Of a stretch of 64,000 nt of DNA, positions 58,100 to 64,000 are shown in pieces. Every line of letters begins with the position of its first letter. Position 1 is the stretch's first letter. Where the stretch lies: assembly GCA_964537955.1 (NCBI GenBank), contig CAZICY010000001.1:54023-118022 (forward strand), read 5' to 3'. The stretch is from an uncultured Actinomyces sp. GTDB lineage: Bacteria > Actinomycetota > Actinomycetes > S36-B12. Under the pieces are notes generated by a model that was not told where the DNA came from, searched no databases, and worked only from the letters and a program-made list of their open reading frames with translations. The translations under genes and the position numbers were made by a program.

Positions 58100-60055
58100 T
58101 CAGTGGCGTCCCTGAGGGGACTTCTGGGGCCTGCCTTGGGCAATTCGATCCAAGATGATGCCCAGGAGCACGATCGCGATGCCCGCGGCCAGGCCCTTGC
58201 CGGCGAGCTCGGGCTTGGACTGCCCGACGATGACGAGGTAGCCCAGGCCGCCGGCGCCGACGAAGCCGCCGATGACGACGACAGCCAGCACGAAGATGAG
58301 CCCCTGGTTCACGCCGAGCAGGATCGAGCGCCGCGCCACGGGCAACTGCACCTTGGTGATGACCTGCAGGTTGGTCGACCCGGCTGAGACCGCCGCCTCC
58401 ACTGATTCCTTGGGCACCTTGCGGATCCCGTCGGCGACGATGCGGATGACGACAGGGGCGGCGTAGACGACACCCAGGACGATCGCGGCGAAGCGCGTGG
58501 GCCCGAAGAGCGCGAGCACGGGAACGAGGTAGACGAACGCCGGCATCGTCTGGCCGGCGTCGAGGAAGGGCCGCAGGAAGCGATCCGCACGCGCGCTGCG
58601 GCCAGCCCAGACGCCCATCACGATGCCGATGATCACGACGAACCCCGTGGCAATCAGCGTCATCGCGAGGGTGAGCATCGTGTCGTTCCATAGGCCGGTT
58701 GCCATGACGAGCGCCAGGAGCGCGAAGACGAGGATCCCGACGGTGCGCCCCGCCAGGATGAACGCCAGCAGGGTGATCGCGATGAGGGTCAGCCACCACG
58801 GCGAATTGGCCAGCACGTCCTGGAGGGGGTTGAGCACCCAGACCGTGAAGAACTCGCTTCCGGTCACGGTGAGGAAGCCGAGGTTGTCCGTGATCCAGTC
58901 GGACACGGCATTGGCTGCCTCCGCGACCGGCTCCTTGAAGTTGAGCTGCTCGGGGAAGACGGCGAACACCAGGAGGTAGCGGGAGAGGTAGATGGCGACG
59001 AGCGTGATCACGCCGAAGACCGCTAGGCCGATGCGCCGGCGCACCTTCGCCGCATCGGCCGCCGCGTATCCGGACTGGTCACGGTTGACCGCCGCGCTCG
59101 TGGACCTGTCGAGCATGACCGCGAGGAGCACGACCGCGAGCCCTGCGACCACGCCGTCGCCGACATTTCGGATGGTGAGGGCTTCGATGACCGGCTTGCC
59201 GAGTCCGGGCGCGCCGATGAGGGCCGCGATCACGACGAAGGACAGGGCGGCCAGGGTCGTCTGGTTGACCGCGAGGATGATCGTGCTCTTGGCCATCGGC
59301 AGCTGCACCTTGGTGAGGACCTGCCAACGGGTGGAACCGGAGGACTCAGCGGCCTCGATCGGCCCCTGCTTCAGGCTCCTGATGGCGTGCGCCGTGATGC
59401 GGATGCAGATGGGAATCGAGTAGATCATCGTGGCGATGGTCGCCGAGGCGATGCCGATGAGGAACACCAGCGCGAGGGGTGCGAGGTAGACCAGCGTGGG
59501 GAGCACCTGCGCGAGGTCGAGCCACGGCCGCAGGACCTTCATCACCCGGTCGTTGAGTCCGGCCCACACCCCGAGGGGAAGTGCGATCAGCAGGGAGAGG
59601 ACGACGGCCCCGATCGTCATCGCCAGCGTCTCCATGGTGAGGAGCCACATGCCGAGCATGCCGCACAGCAGCATGAGGAACATGCTGAAGAACGCCATGC
59701 GCAGGGTGGAGGTCGCATAGACGATGAAGCCGATGAGGACGAGCGTGCCGAACCAGCCGAGGACGGGGATGAGGTTGCCGTCCGCGGGCACGGCGATCAC
59801 ACCCATGAAGATCTCGATGAACCCGGAGATCACCGACCTGATCGGGTTGAAGACGTAGACGAAGAGGAAGCTCTCCGTGCGGTTGCCGCGGATGGACGCG
59901 GCCAGGTCGCGCATGACTGCCGTGAAGGGCGAGTCGGTGGCCGTCGAGAGCTCCTGCGTCTGCACGCCCTTGAGCGCGGTCGCCGTCACGACCCACACGA
60001 CCAGGACGATGAGCGCCTGCACCCATCGCAGGCGGAGGGCGGCCTTGACGTCCAC
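58100..60055 (-). CDS. opuAB: glycine betaine/proline ABC transporter permease (two fused ProW-like domains)
   Basis: 651 aa. The permease core is duplicated, each copy with an EAA-like loop (IEAAESSGSTRWQ and VEAAVSAGSTNLQ). Confidence 0.85.
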   Translation of the reverse strand: MDVKAALRLRWVQALIVLVVWVVTATALKGVQTQELSTATDSPFTAVMRDLAASIRGNRTESFLFVYVFNPIRSVISGFIEIFMGVIAVPADGNLIPVLGWFGTLVLIGFIVYATSTLRMAFFSMFLMLLCGMLGMWLLTMETLAMTIGAVVLSLLIALPLGVWAGLNDRVMKVLRPWLDLAQVLPTLVYLAPLALVFLIGIASATIATMIYSIPICIRITAHAIRSLKQGPIEAAESSGSTRWQVLTKVQLPMAKSTIILAVNQTTLAALSFVVIAALIGAPGLGKPVIEALTIRNVGDGVVAGLAVVLLAVMLDRSTSAAVNRDQSGYAAADAAKVRRRIGLAVFGVITLVAIYLSRYLLVFAVFPEQLNFKEPVAEAANAVSDWITDNLGFLTVTGSEFFTVWVLNPLQDVLANSPWWLTLIAITLLAFILAGRTVGILVFALLALVMATGLWNDTMLTLAMTLIATGFVVIIGIVMGVWAGRSARADRFLRPFLDAGQTMPAFVYLVPVLALFGPTRFAAIVLGVVYAAPVVIRIVADGIRKVPKESVEAAVSAGSTNLQVITKVQLPVARRSILLGVNQGLIFVLAVVVIGGFVGAGGLGYLVIVGQSKPELAGKGLAAGIAIVLLGIILDRIAQGRPQKSPQGRH

Positions 60056-60057
60056 GG

Positions 60058-61113
<1,056 letters not shown>

Positions 61114-61114
61114 C

Positions 61115-62605
61115 TCAGGCCTCCTCGGCGAACCAGCCGCTCGGGGCCGGTGAGAGGTTGCGATACACGTGCTTGGCCTCGAGGTACTCGTGCAGGCCGG
61201 AGGGCCCGAGCTCGCGCCCGACCCCCGACTGCTTGAAGCCGCCCCACTCGGCCTGGGGGAGGTAGGGGTGGTAGTCGTTGATCCAGATGGTGCCGTGACG
61301 CAGCGCGGCGGCGACGCGTTCCGCCCTCCCGGCATCGGATGTCCACACGGCTCCGGCGAGGCCGTAGACGGTGTCGTTGCCTAGGGCGATCGCCTCCTCC
61401 TCGGTGCGGAAGGTCTCCACGGTGAGCACCGGGCCGAAGGACTCGTCCTGGACGCACGTCATGTCGGTCCGGCAGCCATCGAGCACAGTGGGAAGGTAGT
61501 AGCAGCCGCGCGCGAGCGCGGGGAATTCGCGCGGATCCGGGGCGTGCCCGCCGCAGCGCAGCACTGCTCCCTCGGCGAGCGCCCCGGCGACGTACCGCTC
61601 GATCTTCTCCCGGTGCTGGGGAGAGATGAGGGGGCCGGTCTGCGCTTCCGGGTCGAAGGGGCCACCCAGGCGGATGCGCTGGGCGCGGCGGACGATCTCG
61701 TCCACGACGCGATCGTGGATCGACTCCTCGACCAGCAGTCGCGCACCTGCCGAGCACACCTGCCCGCTGTGCAGGAACACCGCCGTGAGCGCATTGTCGA
61801 TCGCAGCCTCCAGATCGGCGTCGGCGAAGACGATGTTGGGGTTCTTGCCGCCGAGCTCGAGCGCGACCTTCTTCACGGTCGCGGCGGCCTCCGACATGAT
61901 GCGTCGCCCCGTGACGACGCCCCCGGTGAAGGACACCATGTCGACGGCCGGGTGCGTGGCCAGCGGCGCTCCCGCGGCGGCCCCCGCCCCGAGGACGAGG
62001 TTGCCGACCCCGGCGGGCAGCCCTGCTTCCTCGAGCAGGCGCATGAGATGGATCGTGGTGCTCGGCGTCAACTCACTCGGCTTGAGGACGAAGGAGCAGC
62101 CCGCGGCGAGCGCCGGTGCGACCTTCCAGGCTGCCTGGAGGAGCGGGTAGTTCCAGGGGGTGATGAGTCCGCACACGCCCACGGGCGAGTACTCGATGCG
62201 CGAACGCACCGCCGGGTTGCCGGCGTCGACCACCCGGCCGCCGAGCACGTCGCCCTGAGCGAGCCCGGCGAAGTAGCGGAAGCACTTCGCGACATCGGCG
62301 ACGTCGTACTCCGACTCCACCAGTCGCTTGCCGGTGTCGAGGGACTCCATGCGGGCGATCTCGTCGACATCCCGCTCGAGGAGGTCGGCCACGCGGGCGA
62401 GGAGCGCACCGCGCTCGGCGACCGGGACCGACGACCAGCGACCGTCGTCGAAAGCGCGACGCGCCGCGAGGATCGCGCGCTCGGTGTCGACGGAGGTGGC
62501 CTCGTCGACAACGCGCACCACCTCTCCGTCGGCAGGGCACGCGATCTCCCGCGTGCCACCCTCAGCTGCCGCCGCCCAGGCACCGTCGATGTAGAGGTCA
62601 GGCAT
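61115..62605 (-). CDS. betB: betaine-aldehyde dehydrogenase (aldehyde dehydrogenase family)
   Basis: Track ORF 61115..62644. ATG 62605. [10 protein letters not shown] and the catalytic-Cys context [10 protein letters not shown]. Lies between betA and opuA. Confidence 0.85.
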   Translation of the reverse strand: MPDLYIDGAWAAAAEGGTREIACPADGEVVRVVDEATSVDTERAILAARRAFDDGRWSSVPVAERGALLARVADLLERDVDEIARMESLDTGKRLVESEYDVADVAKCFRYFAGLAQGDVLGGRVVDAGNPAVRSRIEYSPVGVCGLITPWNYPLLQAAWKVAPALAAGCSFVLKPSELTPSTTIHLMRLLEEAGLPAGVGNLVLGAGAAAGAPLATHPAVDMVSFTGGVVTGRRIMSEAAATVKKVALELGGKNPNIVFADADLEAAIDNALTAVFLHSGQVCSAGARLLVEESIHDRVVDEIVRRAQRIRLGGPFDPEAQTGPLISPQHREKIERYVAGALAEGAVLRCGGHAPDPREFPALARGCYYLPTVLDGCRTDMTCVQDESFGPVLTVETFRTEEEAIALGNDTVYGLAGAVWTSDAGRAERVAAALRHGTIWINDYHPYLPQAEWGGFKQSGVGRELGPSGLHEYLEAKHVYRNLSPAPSGWFAEEA

Positions 62606-64000
62606 CGGCCTTGGCCTCCTTGCGATGTCGGTAGAACGGCGCATGATCGGGGGGCAGGGGCGTGGCGCCCTTGATGATGTCGGCCGCCTTCTCCGCCAGC
62701 ATCATCGTCGGGGCGTAGATGTTGCCGTTGGTCACGTAGGGCATGACCGAGGCATCCACGACGCGGAGCCCTTGCGTGCCGTGGACGCGCATCGTCAGGG
62801 GATCGACCACCGACATCTCGTCGATGCCCATGCGCGCCGTGCAGGAGGGGTGGTACGCCGTCTCCCCGTCCTTGCGTACCCAATCGAGGATCTGCTCGTC
62901 GGTCTCCACCTGCGGTCCCGGCGAGATCTCACCTCCGCTGTAGGGCGCGAAGGCGGGCTGGGCGAGGATCTCGCGGGTCTTGCGGATGGCCTCGACCCAC
63001 TCCCTCTTGTCCTGGTCGGTCGAGAGGTAGTTGAAGACGAAGGCCGGTGGGGCCATGGGATCGGCGCTGGTGATCCACAGGCGGCCGCGGGCGTCGGAGT
63101 ACATCGGGCCGATGTGCACCTGGTAGCCGTGGCCCTCCGCGATGGACGTGCCGTCGTAGCGCACCGCGATGGGCAGGAAGTGGTACATGAGATTGGGGTA
63201 GTCGACGTCCTCGTTGCTGCGGATGAAGCCGCCGGCCTCGAAGTGGTTCGACGCCCCGGGTCCTGACCTCAGGAAGAGCCACTGCGCGCCGATGAAGGGG
63301 CGCCTCCAGAACTGCAGGTTGGGGTTCAAGGACACCGGCTGCGTGCACGCGTGCTGGACGTAGACCTCGAGGTGGTCCTGGAGGTTCTCCCCCACGCCGG
63401 GCAGGTCGTGCACGGGATCCACTCCCACCGAGCGCAGGTGGTCGGCATTGCCGATGCCCGACAGCTGCAGCAACTGCGGGGAGTTGAAGGCGCCCCCCGA
63501 CAGGATCACCTCGGAGCCGCGCACCCGGACGGGTCGCTTGCCGCCAAGGGAGACCTCGACCCCCGTTGCCCGTGGTGTGCCGCTCGAGGCGTCCATGACG
63601 ATCCGAGTGACGTGCGCACGCGTCTTGACGGTGAGGTTGGGGCGCGACATCGCCGGGCGCAGGTAGGCCTTCGTCGCGGAGTAGCGCCGGCCGTTGTGGA
63701 CGTTGCGGTCGAACGCCGCGAACCCCTCCTGCTTGTAGCCGTTGACATCGGAGGTGAGCTCGTGGCCGGCCTCCTGGACGGCCGCAAAGAAGGCGGAGAA
63801 GAGGGGGTTCTCCGCCTGGCCGCGCTCCAGGATGAGCGGGCCGCCCTTGCCGCGCCATTCGTCAGCTCCGGCCCGGCAGTCCTCCATCTTCTTGAAGTAG
63901 GGCAGGCAGTGGGCGTAGTCCCAGCTCTCCATGCCGGGATCGGCGGCCCAGCGCTCGTAGTCCAGAGGATTGCCCCGCTGGAAGATCATCCCGTTGATGC
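62598..64000 (-). CDS. betA: choline dehydrogenase (GMC oxidoreductase), C-terminal about 466 aa; N-terminus beyond the window end
   Basis: The reading frame is open to the window edge. GMC signature region [16 protein letters not shown] and C-terminus HPSCTARMG...VVDASVMP. Confidence 0.88.
   Translation of the reverse strand, partial: INGMIFQRGNPLDYERWAADPGMESWDYAHCLPYFKKMEDCRAGADEWRGKGGPLILERGQAENPLFSAFFAAVQEAGHELTSDVNGYKQEGFAAFDRNVHNGRRYSATKAYLRPAMSRPNLTVKTRAHVTRIVMDASSGTPRATGVEVSLGGKRPVRVRGSEVILSGGAFNSPQLLQLSGIGNADHLRSVGVDPVHDLPGVGENLQDHLEVYVQHACTQPVSLNPNLQFWRRPFIGAQWLFLRSGPGASNHFEAGGFIRSNEDVDYPNLMYHFLPIAVRYDGTSIAEGHGYQVHIGPMYSDARGRLWITSADPMAPPAFVFNYLSTDQDKREWVEAIRKTREILAQPAFAPYSGGEISPGPQVETDEQILDWVRKDGETAYHPSCTARMGIDEMSVVDPLTMRVHGTQGLRVVDASVMPYVTNGNIYAPTMMLAEKAADIIKGATPLPPDHAPFYRHRKEAKADA

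Overview
This is a very GC-rich, gene-dense actinobacterial chromosome segment. I call about 59 CDS, 2 tRNAs and a few regulatory or terminator elements. I saw no rRNA, CRISPR array, IS element, integrase or phage gene. The content is core housekeeping in blocks whose order I recognise from Mycobacterium tuberculosis. Block 1 (1-18 kb, Rv1002c-Rv1021-like) runs mazG, mfd, pth, rplY, prs, glmU, ispE, rsmA, tatD, metG, rsmI and pmt. Block 2 (18-27 kb, Rv0985c-Rv0996-like) holds a SepX/GlpR-like protein, rimJ-like GNAT, moaC, moeA, galU, 5-formyl-THF cyclo-ligase, a Ruc-like zinc-ribbon protein and mscL. Block 3 (31-57 kb, Rv3240c-Rv3264c-like) holds secA, comF-like, ahcY, mtrA-mtrB-lpqB, manA, pmm, whiB2-like, fbiC/fbiA/fbiB and manC. 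The window ends with a betA-betB-opuA osmoprotectant operon. Many track ORFs are over-extended, so I re-placed starts using conserved N-termini, SD sequences and the recurrent 4-nt start/stop overlaps (ATGA/GTGA). I found no clear-cut new multi-gene system such as a defence island. The best leads follow. (1) A whiB-coupled module of GT2 membrane glycosyltransferase, DUF5719 and DUF3499. Its GT2 gene has no canonical start codon and appears to initiate at a CTG fused to the whiB stop. (2) A perfect CIRCE/HrcA operator in front of a Ruc-like zinc-ribbon gene. (3) A gephyrin-like MoeA plus SepX/GlpR-like membrane protein pair. (4) An apparent in-place inversion of the ahcY-mtrAB-lpqB block. (5) An AT-rich GACAC-containing palindrome upstream of whiB. 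Functional calls come from motif recognition by eye. No database search was run.
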